Source: an uncultured bacterium
Lineage (GTDB): Bacteria > SAR324 > NAC60-12
Length of the DNA stretch: 35,298 nucleotides
Direction of reading: 5' to 3'
Assembly (NCBI GenBank): GCA_965662235.1
Contig: CBFIGY010000004.1
Coordinates: forward strand, 92,373-127,670
The notes beneath the pieces are model-generated. The model worked only from the letters and a program-made list of their open reading frames with translations, was not told where the DNA came from and did not search any database. Each line of letters opens with the position of its first letter. The first letter of the stretch is position 1. This document shows positions 25,706 to 34,665 of the stretch, in pieces. A program made the position numbers and the translations under genes.

Positions 25706-27562
25706 TCAATCGGTGGGACGTCCGAGGCGTTTTTGTAACTCGTCTTCATGCAGAAGCCAGCCCGCCCGCTGGCCCTTTTCGGGAATCTGTACATCCGGAA
25801 GCTGCTGGACCTGCTGCAGCCAGGTCGCCCAAGCGTCCGGAGTGGCGGGAGGCGAGGTGCGTTGAGCCGCCCACTCGGCAAGGACCGTGATGCAGTCTTG
25901 CCGAACTTCATTGGGACGGGTCCGTTTGCCGAACAGGCTCAAGCGTTGAAGCATCGCCTTCAGGACTGGTTCCGCTTCGGATTCTTCCAGCATCTGCGGG
26001 AGGGTCTGGATGGAGAAACTGTTTTTTCCAAAGGGCTCGAGCTGAATGCCAAGTCCCTGAAACGTTGGGAGGTGCTGTTCCAGCAAGAGCCCTTCCTGAG
26101 GAGGAAGGTCCAGCAGCAGCGGCACCTCAAAGTGTCGGACCTGTGGCTCGGTGGGCTGCTCCAACGCAAAGGCCTTCAGGCGCTGCTCCGTCTGGTGGAA
26201 GTCGAGCAGCAGCAGTCCCTGGGGGTGGGAAACGATGACCCAGGCGCCTTGGTGCAGTCCAAGAACCTTCCAAGGTGGCGGCTCCGGAGGCGTGACGGCA
26301 GGGGAAGCCGGCTCTTCTTCAATTGGCAACGAAAGAGCCGACGCAGGGCGGGATGCCGGAGTTTTTCGCGCTGGCCTCGGAGCTTTTTGTACAGGCGTAG
26401 GAGGGGCGGGGCGCGTGGAGCGTGGAGTGGATTTTCGTTGAGGTCCCTTGGCCCGTGGCGCTTCTGAGGCAAGTGAGGGTGTGCTCTCAGAGAGGGGCAT
26501 TTCAAACTGGCCAGACGGTTGGGCCGCCGAGAGCTCGCCCATTCGGGCGCCAAAGAACCGCTGAGCCGCACCGTCTTTGAGGGCACGGGCTAGGTGATCT
26601 GCAAGGATGGCGTGAATGACCCGGGCATTGCGGAAGCGGATCTCAGTCTTCGCTGGGTGCACATTGACGTCGATCTCGCTGGGCGCCACGTGCAGGTTGA
26701 GGAAGTACGCCGGATGCTGGTTCTTGCTCAGGAAGCCTCGGTAGCCGTCATAAATGGCATGTGCCACCGGAGGACACTTGACGTGCCGACCGTTGACAAA
26801 AAGGTACTGCCAGCGTTTGGACGACTGCAGTTGAGCGGGAAAGGAGACGAGTCCGGAATACTGCAGGTAGTTTTCTTCATGAGCGACCGCCAGCAGACCA
26901 CTGCCAAATTCGTAGCCGAACAGCTGCTGAATGCGGGATTCCAGCGTCTGGCCAGAGCCAAGGTTGAGGAGCAGCTTCTGGTCGTGAGTGAGGCGGAACT
27001 GAATGGCCGGGTTGGCCAGAGACAGCTGAGTGAGCAGCTGCTGGATGTGCTGAAGCTCCGTTGCTGTGGTCTTAAGGAACTTGAGACGGGCCGGAGTGTT
27101 GAAGAAGAGGCGCTCCACCGTGATCTTCGTTCCTTGCGGAAACCCGACTCGGCCCTGGTGCTCAAGAACCCCGCCCTTGATGGTGAGCTGGGTGCCGCTC
27201 TCAGAGGCGTCGTTGCAACTCAGCAGGTCAAAGTGGGAGACGGATGCAATGGACGCAAGGGCCTCTCCACGGAAGCCCAGGGTGGCAATCTGAAAGAGGT
27301 CTTCCTCTTCATAGATCTTGCTGGTGGCATGTCGTTCCACAGCAAAGCGGGCATCCGTTTCGCTCATGCCACAGCCGTTGTCGAGAACGCTGATGAGGTC
27401 CTTCCCTCCATTCTTCAGTGTGACCTGAATCTGGGTGGCGCCGGAGTCAATGGAATTTTCCACCAACTCCTTGACCACCGAGGCCGGACGCTCCACGACT
27501 TCTCCTGCGGCAATCTTGTTGATCAGAAGCTCTGGGAGAAGCCGGACCTTGCTGGTGATCAC
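25706..27562 (-). CDS. mutL: DNA mismatch repair protein MutL
   Basis: NKIAAGEVVERPASVVKELVENSIDSG, DNGCGM, RHATSKI, TLGFRGEALASI, LFFNTPARLKFLK, IDVNVHPAKTEIRF, Pro-rich linker, CTD. Confidence 0.97.
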   Translation of the reverse strand: MITSKVRLLPELLINKIAAGEVVERPASVVKELVENSIDSGATQIQVTLKNGGKDLISVLDNGCGMSETDARFAVERHATSKIYEEEDLFQIATLGFRGEALASIASVSHFDLLSCNDASESGTQLTIKGGVLEHQGRVGFPQGTKITVERLFFNTPARLKFLKTTATELQHIQQLLTQLSLANPAIQFRLTHDQKLLLNLGSGQTLESRIQQLFGYEFGSGLLAVAHEENYLQYSGLVSFPAQLQSSKRWQYLFVNGRHVKCPPVAHAIYDGYRGFLSKNQHPAYFLNLHVAPSEIDVNVHPAKTEIRFRNARVIHAILADHLARALKDGAAQRFFGARMGELSAAQPSGQFEMPLSESTPSLASEAPRAKGPQRKSTPRSTRPAPPTPVQKAPRPARKTPASRPASALSLPIEEEPASPAVTPPEPPPWKVLGLHQGAWVIVSHPQGLLLLDFHQTEQRLKAFALEQPTEPQVRHFEVPLLLDLPPQEGLLLEQHLPTFQGLGIQLEPFGKNSFSIQTLPQMLEESEAEPVLKAMLQRLSLFGKRTRPNEVRQDCITVLAEWAAQRTSPPATPDAWATWLQQVQQLPDVQIPEKGQRAGWLLHEDELQKRLGRPTD

Positions 27563-27568
27563 GAGGAC

Positions 27569-30235
27569 CTAGAAGTAGAGCGAAATGTCCCGGTGGGACG
27601 ATTTACAGACCGAAATATCCTTGGCGAGATCCAAGTCGAGCCGGGGCTGAAGCCGGACCCCCACGGTCGATTTGAGAGCATCGTTGTATGTCAGCAGAGC
27701 CGGGAGGACTTCGGTCTGCCCCTGCTCGCGCCACGTCACTTCTGCCTGGAACTGGGTGAGGCTTTCTTCAAGGAAGGCGAGGGCTTCTGTGCGGTCGACG
27801 TCCTCTTTCTTGTAGAGGCGCCGGGCTTTGGACAGCGGAGACTTGATTGCGCTGATACCCGAAAGCTCGCCTAGCTGCGCTTCCATCTCCTTGATGCGGT
27901 CCATGGCCTCTTCGTTCGGAGCCGTTTCCATGACGTTCCGGAGGGCACGGAGGTTGGGCTCAAGCTGCTTGAGGGCATCGGCTTGACGTAGAACCTCCTC
28001 CACATCGAGCAGCGGCTGGTACGCGTCGTCCACGCTGCGCCGGTAGAGCAGGCGGGCCTTCTTCTCTTCATTGGCAAGCTTTTCAAACTGAGCCCGCTGT
28101 CCCTTCCACTCGCTTGGGATGGTGGTGGCCAGTTCCTCCTTCTCCTGCTTCAAGCGGACGATGTCTTTTTCAAACTGTGCAATCTGAGCCGGAGCATCCT
28201 GCGACTTGGAGTACTTCAGTCGTTGGATGGCCTGCTCAAAGTCCTTGATGTCGGTTTCATGCTTCTGAATGTCACGCTCAATGTCCCGGACCTGATAGTG
28301 CAGCGGAGCGTATTCTTCAGAGAAGGCGGCCAGGTTTTCCTCAGCCAGCCGAATCGCTGCGACCTTGTCCGAAATTGTGGGCACCAGCTTTAGGGACCCC
28401 TCCAGCTTGGACTGATATGAGTCGGGGAGAAGGTCCAGGTTGCTCTGCCGGAAGGTGGCCACGGCTTCATCCAGCCGGGGCTGTTCGGCTGCATAAAGCG
28501 GGAGGATGTTTTCCTCCAAGCACTCCTGGATCTTGGGGTTGACTGGAGGAGGCGCGTTGTCAGACGTCAGGTAGGTCCGGTTGGGCAGGTAGTTGACCAG
28601 CGGCGGGAGGTACGCCACAATCATCATCCCCAGCAGCTGTAGCATGATGAAGGCAATTGCGCCTTTGTAGATGTGGGTGGTCTTGACCTCAGGCGGCGCA
28701 ACCCCACGAAGGTAGAAGAGGGCAAAGCCAAACGGCGGCGTCAGGAAGGAGGTCTGGAGGTTCAGGCCCAGCATCACTCCCAGCCAGACGGCTGTGATGT
28801 TGGCCCCTGGGTCAGAGAGCAGAATGGGCGCCACAATGGGCACCACCACTACGGAGATTTCAATGAAATCAATGAAAAAGCCCAGAACGAAGATCACCAG
28901 CATGACCACCAGGAACTGCGTCCAGAAGCCTCCGGGGAGGCTGGTGAGGAATTCCTTGACGAGGTGCTCTCCCCCAAACCCCCGGAAGGCCGCCGTCAGC
29001 ATGGCTGCGCCTAGGAGGATGATGAAGACCATGGAGGTGGTCTTGGCGGTCTCCACCATGACCCCTTGGAGGGTGTTGTTGATGGTGTAGGCGCGCCAGA
29101 TGCTCCACGCAACCCCGACCATCATGAAGAGGGACGCGAGGGACGCGACGATCAGGCCTGTGGATTCTGCGGAGCTGGTGATGTTCTTGATGTTGAGGGG
29201 GACCACGGCAAGCACCACGGCGAGCACCACGGTGGCAGCCAGAGTGATGAGCGCTGGAGTGTAGGCGTGAGGCTTCCCCTCGGTCAGTCGGTAGCTTCCC
29301 ATGACCAACGCGCCAATGGCTCCAATGGCACCGGCTTGGTTCACAGTCGCAATGCCAAGAATGATGGAGCCGAGGACGACAAAGATCAGGGTCAGAGGCG
29401 GAATCAGTGCCAGCAAGACCTGGAAGAAGAACCGGGCGTCATACTTTCCATCATGCGGAACCGGCGGCGCGGATTCGGGCTTCAGCAGCGCATTGATGAG
29501 GATGTACAGCATGTAAAGCCCCACCAGCACCATGCCCGGAATGAACGCGCCCACAAACATGTCACCGGCGCTGGCAGAGACCACATCAAACTCGCTGGGC
29601 ATCATCCCTTGACCGGTGGCAACTCGGTAGTCCGCCCGACGCATGTTGTTGGCCACATCAGCGGCGTTGGAAAGCTGATCGGCCAGGATGATGAGAACAA
29701 TGGATGGGGGAATGATCTGCCCCAGCGTTCCGGACGCACAGATGGTTCCGGTGGCCAGGGACTTGTCGTAGTTGTGCCGCAGCATGGCTGGCAACGAGAT
29801 CATGCCCATCGCAATCACGGTGGCACCAACGATCCCGGTGGTCGCCGCAAGCAGCGCGCCGACAAAGACCACAGAGATGCCAAGCCCCCCGGGAATTGGA
29901 CCAAAGAGCTGCGCCATGGCTACCAGCAGGTCTTCCGCAATCCGGGACCGCTGGAGCATGATCCCCATGAAGACAAAGAGGGGGATAGCAATGAGGGTGT
30001 CGCGGTCCACCTCCCAGTAAACGCTCCGGAAGTTCGTGACGCCTGAACTGAGCCACTGGAGGGGCCCGTCTTGGGAGAAGTAGGCAGAAGGATCGCCGGC
30101 AAAAATGTATCCGGAAGCAGCGGCCAGACCAATGGTCAGAATTGCTGATCCCGGAAGCGAGAAGGCGACCGGAAAGCCCGAAATGAGCGCGGCCCCCATG
30201 AGGACCACAAGCAAGAGCAGAAAGAAGGAGTCCAT
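27569..30235 (-). CDS. dctM: TRAP transporter large permease DctM with long C-terminal soluble extension
   Basis: GFPVAF, LIAIPLFVFMG, ASGTLGQIIPPSI, GFFIDFIEI, NLQTSFLTPPFGFALFYLRGVAP; 888 aa with residues ~552-888 hydrophilic and helical. Confidence 0.93.
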   Translation of the reverse strand: MDSFFLLLLVVLMGAALISGFPVAFSLPGSAILTIGLAAASGYIFAGDPSAYFSQDGPLQWLSSGVTNFRSVYWEVDRDTLIAIPLFVFMGIMLQRSRIAEDLLVAMAQLFGPIPGGLGISVVFVGALLAATTGIVGATVIAMGMISLPAMLRHNYDKSLATGTICASGTLGQIIPPSIVLIILADQLSNAADVANNMRRADYRVATGQGMMPSEFDVVSASAGDMFVGAFIPGMVLVGLYMLYILINALLKPESAPPVPHDGKYDARFFFQVLLALIPPLTLIFVVLGSIILGIATVNQAGAIGAIGALVMGSYRLTEGKPHAYTPALITLAATVVLAVVLAVVPLNIKNITSSAESTGLIVASLASLFMMVGVAWSIWRAYTINNTLQGVMVETAKTTSMVFIILLGAAMLTAAFRGFGGEHLVKEFLTSLPGGFWTQFLVVMLVIFVLGFFIDFIEISVVVVPIVAPILLSDPGANITAVWLGVMLGLNLQTSFLTPPFGFALFYLRGVAPPEVKTTHIYKGAIAFIMLQLLGMMIVAYLPPLVNYLPNRTYLTSDNAPPPVNPKIQECLEENILPLYAAEQPRLDEAVATFRQSNLDLLPDSYQSKLEGSLKLVPTISDKVAAIRLAEENLAAFSEEYAPLHYQVRDIERDIQKHETDIKDFEQAIQRLKYSKSQDAPAQIAQFEKDIVRLKQEKEELATTIPSEWKGQRAQFEKLANEEKKARLLYRRSVDDAYQPLLDVEEVLRQADALKQLEPNLRALRNVMETAPNEEAMDRIKEMEAQLGELSGISAIKSPLSKARRLYKKEDVDRTEALAFLEESLTQFQAEVTWREQGQTEVLPALLTYNDALKSTVGVRLQPRLDLDLAKDISVCKSSHRDISLYF

Positions 30236-30255
30236 AGATGATCCGAGGGCAGAGG

Positions 30256-31281
30256 TCAGTGGGCGGCGTGGGCGTTGTCGAAGAGGCTGCCCGGTTCTTC
30301 TTGCAGGTCAGCCATGCTGTGCAGGAAGTAGCTGCAGAACTGAATCAGCATGGTGAGGGCAAAAACAGCCAGGTAGGCGACCATCAGGTACTTGATGTAC
30401 ATCCCAAATCCCTGCTGAGAAACCTCAAAGCTTCGGAGTGGACTGTTGATGCTGCTGCCCCGGTCCCACATGCCAATCGTGAGAATGACCCAGCAGAGCG
30501 GAAGCCCAAGGACCACGGAGCCAACGGCATTGGAGAGCGCCTTGCGGGGCCTCGGAAAGTTGGTGTAAAAGACATCCACCCGGACGTGACCTTCTGTGAT
30601 CAGAGTGTCTGCACTGGCAAACAGAAAGAGGCCAGCGTACCACATCCGGACCAGGTCCCCCATGAAGGCCTGCTCGTAGGAAAAAACAAACCGGGAGATG
30701 ACAATCAGGAATTCTGCCACCACGACCATCAGGGTCAGCCACGTGAACCCCAGCCCCTTGGTGAAGCGCGCGAGAATGAAACCAAGGATCACCAGCGGGT
30801 AGTGGACGTAGGTGCCTCGGAAGATGGACCGTCCCAAGTTGAGCGCCATCTCATCGCCAAACAAAACCTCCAACGCCCCTTCTACCCGTAGGAAGGAGAT
30901 GGTGACATCGACAAACCCCACCAGCAGCACTGCCCAGAAGCAGGACCGACAGATGTACGCGGCAATGGCGCTGAGGCGTTCGGCATCGGAGCGCAGCGGA
31001 GCATCTGCCTGACGAAGGGAAAAGAAGGTCACGCCCAACACCACCAGCAGAAGCGCAAGCAGCTGGATCCAGCCGAAGAGGAGGGAGTCTTCCGGAAGTG
31101 GACGGTTGAGGGCTTCAAATCCGAGCCACTCATGGTGGTGGAAGAAGTCAACCACGCCCGGCCAGTCTTGCCAGAAGATGAGGTAGTTGTTGATGAGGAA
31201 GTAAAAAGCGAACGCAGTGCAGCCAAACGCGAAGAGTCGCGAAGCAATGCGAACGCGCCGGTTACGCGCTGCAGGGGTCAT
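30256..31281 (-). CDS. dctQ: TRAP transporter small permease DctQ, N-terminally extended
   Basis: EGHVRVDVFY DctQ motif, VISRFVF, multiple TM segments; 341 aa; lies between dctP and dctM. Confidence 0.85.
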   Translation of the reverse strand: MTPAARNRRVRIASRLFAFGCTAFAFYFLINNYLIFWQDWPGVVDFFHHHEWLGFEALNRPLPEDSLLFGWIQLLALLLVVLGVTFFSLRQADAPLRSDAERLSAIAAYICRSCFWAVLLVGFVDVTISFLRVEGALEVLFGDEMALNLGRSIFRGTYVHYPLVILGFILARFTKGLGFTWLTLMVVVAEFLIVISRFVFSYEQAFMGDLVRMWYAGLFLFASADTLITEGHVRVDVFYTNFPRPRKALSNAVGSVVLGLPLCWVILTIGMWDRGSSINSPLRSFEVSQQGFGMYIKYLMVAYLAVFALTMLIQFCSYFLHSMADLQEEPGSLFDNAHAAH

Positions 31282-31331
31282 GGTGCATCAGGAGCTGGAG
31301 TGAAGCCCGGGTGGCGGCGCCTCGGGACGGG

Positions 31332-31356
31332 GCTCCTGCCCTGAGCAGGCAGGAGC
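31332..31356. repeat. Perfect 9-bp inverted repeat (stem-loop) between dctP and dctQ
   Basis: GCTCCTGCC-ctgagca-GGCAGGAGC with no U-tract. A second small hairpin ACCTTC-gcc-GAAGGT at 31379-31393 abuts the dctP stop. Confidence 0.7.
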
Positions 31357-31392
31357 GTGTTGGAGCGTCAGAAGACGAACCTTCGCCGAAGG

Positions 31393-32490
31393 TCAGACCC
31401 CTAACACACGGTTCCGCTGAGCCACATAGGCCTGGTCGGAAATCTTCACCCATCCTCCCACCTCTCGGCGGGCCTTCAGGAAGCTCTCGTGCACCCGGTT
31501 GGCCAGCTCGCTGTGGGCCCGGGTTTCTTCAAAGACCTCCTCAGAGGCCTCTCCGAAGGCGTCATAGACGTCGTCGTTGAACTGCTTGAGCTGCACCCCT
31601 TGCTCGTTGATGAGCTTGGCGAGGGAGGCGCCGTTCTTCGCATTGTACTCGGCCATCATGACGTCGTTTTCGGTAGACGCTGCCGCTTCAATGATCATCT
31701 GGTCAGAGCGTGACAGGCCTTCCCACCAGGACTTGTTCATGCCAAGAGCCAGCATGGATCCGGGCTCATGCATGCCAGGGTAGTAGTAGTACTTGGCGGC
31801 TTCGTAGAACTTGAGGTAGGCATCGTTCCAAGGACCCACCCACTCGGTCGCGTCAATGGCTCCGGAGATGAGGTTCTCATAAATCTGTCCGCCAGGGAGT
31901 GAAACCGTGGAGACTCCCAGTTTGGTCATCACGTTTCCTCCAAGTCCGGGAATCCGCATCTTCAGGCCCTTGAGGTCATCCGGAGAGTTGATCTCCTTCC
32001 GGAACCAGCCACCCATCTGGACGCCGGTGTTTCCGCAGGGAAGGGACTTCAGTCCGAAGTTTCCTGCAAGCTCATCCCACAGCTCCTGTCCACCACCGAA
32101 GCGGATCCAGGCGTTGATTTCCGAGCAGGTCAGACCGAACGGAACAGCGGTGAAGTAACCCCAGGCCGGGTGCTTGCCGACCCAATAGTATTCGGCACCA
32201 TGGTACATCTGAGCGTTTCCGGAGGCGACTTCATCAAAGGAGTCAAAGGCGCCGACCCGCTCACCGGCGGCAAAGTACTGGACGTTGATGCGGCCGTCGG
32301 TCATGTCCGTCAGGCGCTTGGCAAAGCGCTGAGCACCGGTTCCCAGTCCGGGGAAGTCGCGTCCCCATGTGGAAACCATCACGACGTCCATGCGCTGTTG
32401 GGCAAAAGCGGGTGCTGGAAAGTTGGAGGCCGCAACAGTAGCCGCTCCACCAGCCACCGCAGTCTTCTTGAGGAATTTTCTTCGGTTCAT
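31393..32490 (-). CDS. dctP: TRAP substrate-binding protein, TakP/DctP family, Tat-exported
   Basis: MNRRKFLK Tat motif, PAPAFAQ cleavage site, AVPFGL, NTGVQMGGWFRKEI, KMRIPGLGG, IDATEWVGP, YYYPGMHEPG; AGGAGA SD. Confidence 0.95.
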   Translation of the reverse strand: MNRRKFLKKTAVAGGAATVAASNFPAPAFAQQRMDVVMVSTWGRDFPGLGTGAQRFAKRLTDMTDGRINVQYFAAGERVGAFDSFDEVASGNAQMYHGAEYYWVGKHPAWGYFTAVPFGLTCSEINAWIRFGGGQELWDELAGNFGLKSLPCGNTGVQMGGWFRKEINSPDDLKGLKMRIPGLGGNVMTKLGVSTVSLPGGQIYENLISGAIDATEWVGPWNDAYLKFYEAAKYYYYPGMHEPGSMLALGMNKSWWEGLSRSDQMIIEAAASTENDVMMAEYNAKNGASLAKLINEQGVQLKQFNDDVYDAFGEASEEVFEETRAHSELANRVHESFLKARREVGGWVKISDQAYVAQRNRVLGV

Positions 32491-32568
32491 GTTCTCTCCT
32501 AAAAGATAGGCGTAAACAGCAAGGCTTCCCCGCGAAGTCTTTTCTGAATCTGTTCAACGCTACGATCC

Positions 32569-32596
32569 AACTTAGCGCGCTTCCGATGCTTGTCAA
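32569..32596 (-). promoter_or_regulatory. Sigma70-type promoter for the TRAP operon
   Basis: Minus strand TTGACA-16 nt-TAAGTT, ~78 nt upstream of the dctP ATG. Confidence 0.55.
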
Positions 32597-32795
32597 GTTT
32601 CGCAACCTCTGAGGCGGAAGTTCGGAAAAATTCTACTTCCCGGGGGCAACCGCGCGGCGCGTTCTGTTCGCATTCTGCAGGGAATGGGCTTACACTTGGA
32701 AACACAATGCCTCCTGTGGAATGGCTTTTTGACAAAACGGCCCCCAATGAGGAAACGGGGCTGCTTTAGTGACTCAAGCTGCGGAAAAACGAACC

Positions 32796-34034
32796 ATGAC
32801 TGCTGCAACAGGGCCTTTGACCGGGCTACGTGTTTTAGATCTGAGCCGAATCTTGGCAGGACCCGTGTGCACCCAGCTCCTCGGAGATTTGGGAGCCGAG
32901 GTGCTGAAAATTGAAAAACCAGGGGCCGGAGACGATACCCGAACCTGGGGGCCTCCCTACTTGAAGGATGCTGCAGGTGCAGACACGTCAGAGAGTGCTT
33001 ATTACCTGAGTGCCAACCGCAACAAGCGCTCGGTGGCCATTGACCTCGCTCACCCGGAAGGGCAGGCCTTGATCCGTCGCCTAGCCGGAACCTGCGATGT
33101 GCTTGTGGAAAACTTCAAGGTCGGTGGTCTGAAAAAGTATGGGCTCGATTATGAGACTCTGCACGCGGAACACCCTCACCTCGTCTACTGTTCCATCACG
33201 GGTTTTGGACAAACGGGACCTTATGCCGAGCGAGCCGGTTATGACTTCATGATTCAAGGCATGGGAGGCATCATGAGCCTCACGGGAGAACCGGAAGGCG
33301 AGCCGGTGAAGGTGGGAGTCGCGGTGGCGGATGTCATGTGCGGGATGTACGCTTCCACCGCAATTCTGGCTGCAATCCGGCACCGCGATCAAGGAGGCGG
33401 GGGACAGCACATTGACTTGGCGCTTTTAGACACTCAGGCTGCGTGGCTGGTGAACGTGGGGCTCAACTACTTGACTTCCGGAGACGTTCCGCAGCGGTAT
33501 GGAAATGCGCACGCCAATATTGTCCCTTATCAGGTTTTCCCCGCGAGCGATGGCTACTTCATCCTTGCGGTGGGGAATGACTCTCAGTTTCAGAAGTTCT
33601 GCGCCTTTGCCGGGTGTCCGGAGTTGGCGGAGGAACCGCGTTTTGCCACCAATCCGGAGCGGGTCCGTCACCGGGAGGAACTGATTGAGCGCCTGAAAGC
33701 GATCACGCAGCAGGAGTCAAAGGCGCATTGGCTGGAAGGGCTCGCTCAGCGAGGGGTGCCTGTGGGACCCGTCAACACGGTTCCTGAGGTGTTTGCAGAC
33801 CCACAGATTCAGCACCGGGGCATGCAGCACCAGATGACGCACCCACTGAGCCCAGAGCCCATTTCTTTGATTGGGAACCCCATCCGTTTTTCCGAAACTC
33901 CGGTTCAGTATCGGCTCGCGCCTCCGCTGGCAGGGGCACACACCCGGGAGGTGCTGCAGGCGTCCTTGGGACTGACTGAGGTTGAGTTGGAGGTGTTACG
34001 AGGCACAGGGGTGATTGAGGAGCCGGCCGGTTAG
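32796..34034 (+). CDS. CaiB/BaiF family (class III) CoA-transferase
   Basis: PLTGLRVLDLSRILAGP, LGDLGAEVLKIE, GDDTR, NRNKRS, DVLVENFK, SITGFGQTGP, GYDF, VADV (catalytic Asp). Start at ATG 32796. Confidence 0.95.
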   Translation: MTAATGPLTGLRVLDLSRILAGPVCTQLLGDLGAEVLKIEKPGAGDDTRTWGPPYLKDAAGADTSESAYYLSANRNKRSVAIDLAHPEGQALIRRLAGTCDVLVENFKVGGLKKYGLDYETLHAEHPHLVYCSITGFGQTGPYAERAGYDFMIQGMGGIMSLTGEPEGEPVKVGVAVADVMCGMYASTAILAAIRHRDQGGGGQHIDLALLDTQAAWLVNVGLNYLTSGDVPQRYGNAHANIVPYQVFPASDGYFILAVGNDSQFQKFCAFAGCPELAEEPRFATNPERVRHREELIERLKAITQQESKAHWLEGLAQRGVPVGPVNTVPEVFADPQIQHRGMQHQMTHPLSPEPISLIGNPIRFSETPVQYRLAPPLAGAHTREVLQASLGLTEVELEVLRGTGVIEEPAG

Positions 34035-34049
34035 CGTTGGCGTTGGAAA

Positions 34050-34625
34050 TCACCCGCGGCGGTGGTGCTTCTGAAAGAGGGCGCTGCTTTGGAAGTTACG
34101 AAGGGAGACGCGGTCGTAGGCCTGCAGCGTTTGGCGCCGGGCGTTGGTCTGCTGCTCAAGCTTGAGGTACTGCTGGAGCAGGTCTTGGTACTGAGCGTCG
34201 TGCTTGCGACCCCGGAGGCGCTTCCACCACGGGCGTTGCTGGACGTGCACAAAGAGTTTGCGCCACTGTTCCCGCTGGCGTTTGACGGCTTCCTGAAAGG
34301 GCTCTCGGGCCCGTTCCAGTTCGTCCTTGAATTCCGTGTACCAGCGCGCAAGCCGATCCTGTTCCTCCTCAACCTGTGTCCGCTCCTCATCAGGAGTCTG
34401 CTTCAAATGTTCTCGAACCTGACTGAGCAGACGCTCCATTTCCCGGAGGGTTTCAGAGTCTGGAGGATCTAGGTCGGGGACAAAAGCGAGGGGGTTGTGT
34501 TCTTCAGTCAGCCACCGCCAGACGGCAACTGACAGAAGCACGGCAATCAGAAGGAGAAGGAGGAAACCGTAGAGGGAGTACTCCAGCGCGAGGGAGTACC
34601 AGTCCAAGTTGGATTCCGGACGCAT
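34050..34625 (-). CDS. Hypothetical single-pass membrane protein with coiled-coil
   Basis: N-terminal hydrophobic helix (YGFLLLLLIAVLLSVAVW) followed by an E/Q/R-rich helical region. Confidence 0.65.
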   Translation of the reverse strand: MRPESNLDWYSLALEYSLYGFLLLLLIAVLLSVAVWRWLTEEHNPLAFVPDLDPPDSETLREMERLLSQVREHLKQTPDEERTQVEEEQDRLARWYTEFKDELERAREPFQEAVKRQREQWRKLFVHVQQRPWWKRLRGRKHDAQYQDLLQQYLKLEQQTNARRQTLQAYDRVSLRNFQSSALFQKHHRRG

Positions 34626-34665
34626 ACCGGATCACCAAGTCGTTCGAGAAGCAGTGCTTCCGAGG

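Noticed and set aside
26594..27874. 426-aa plus-strand ORF
   Set aside because: Antisense shadow of mutL/dctM; no recognisable motifs; long antisense ORFs are expected at high GC.
29066..30046. 326-aa plus-strand ORF, and similar ones such as 17740-18552, 14214-15083 and 16290-17117
   Set aside because: Overlap well-supported genes on the opposite strand or in another frame; composition typical of shadow ORFs.
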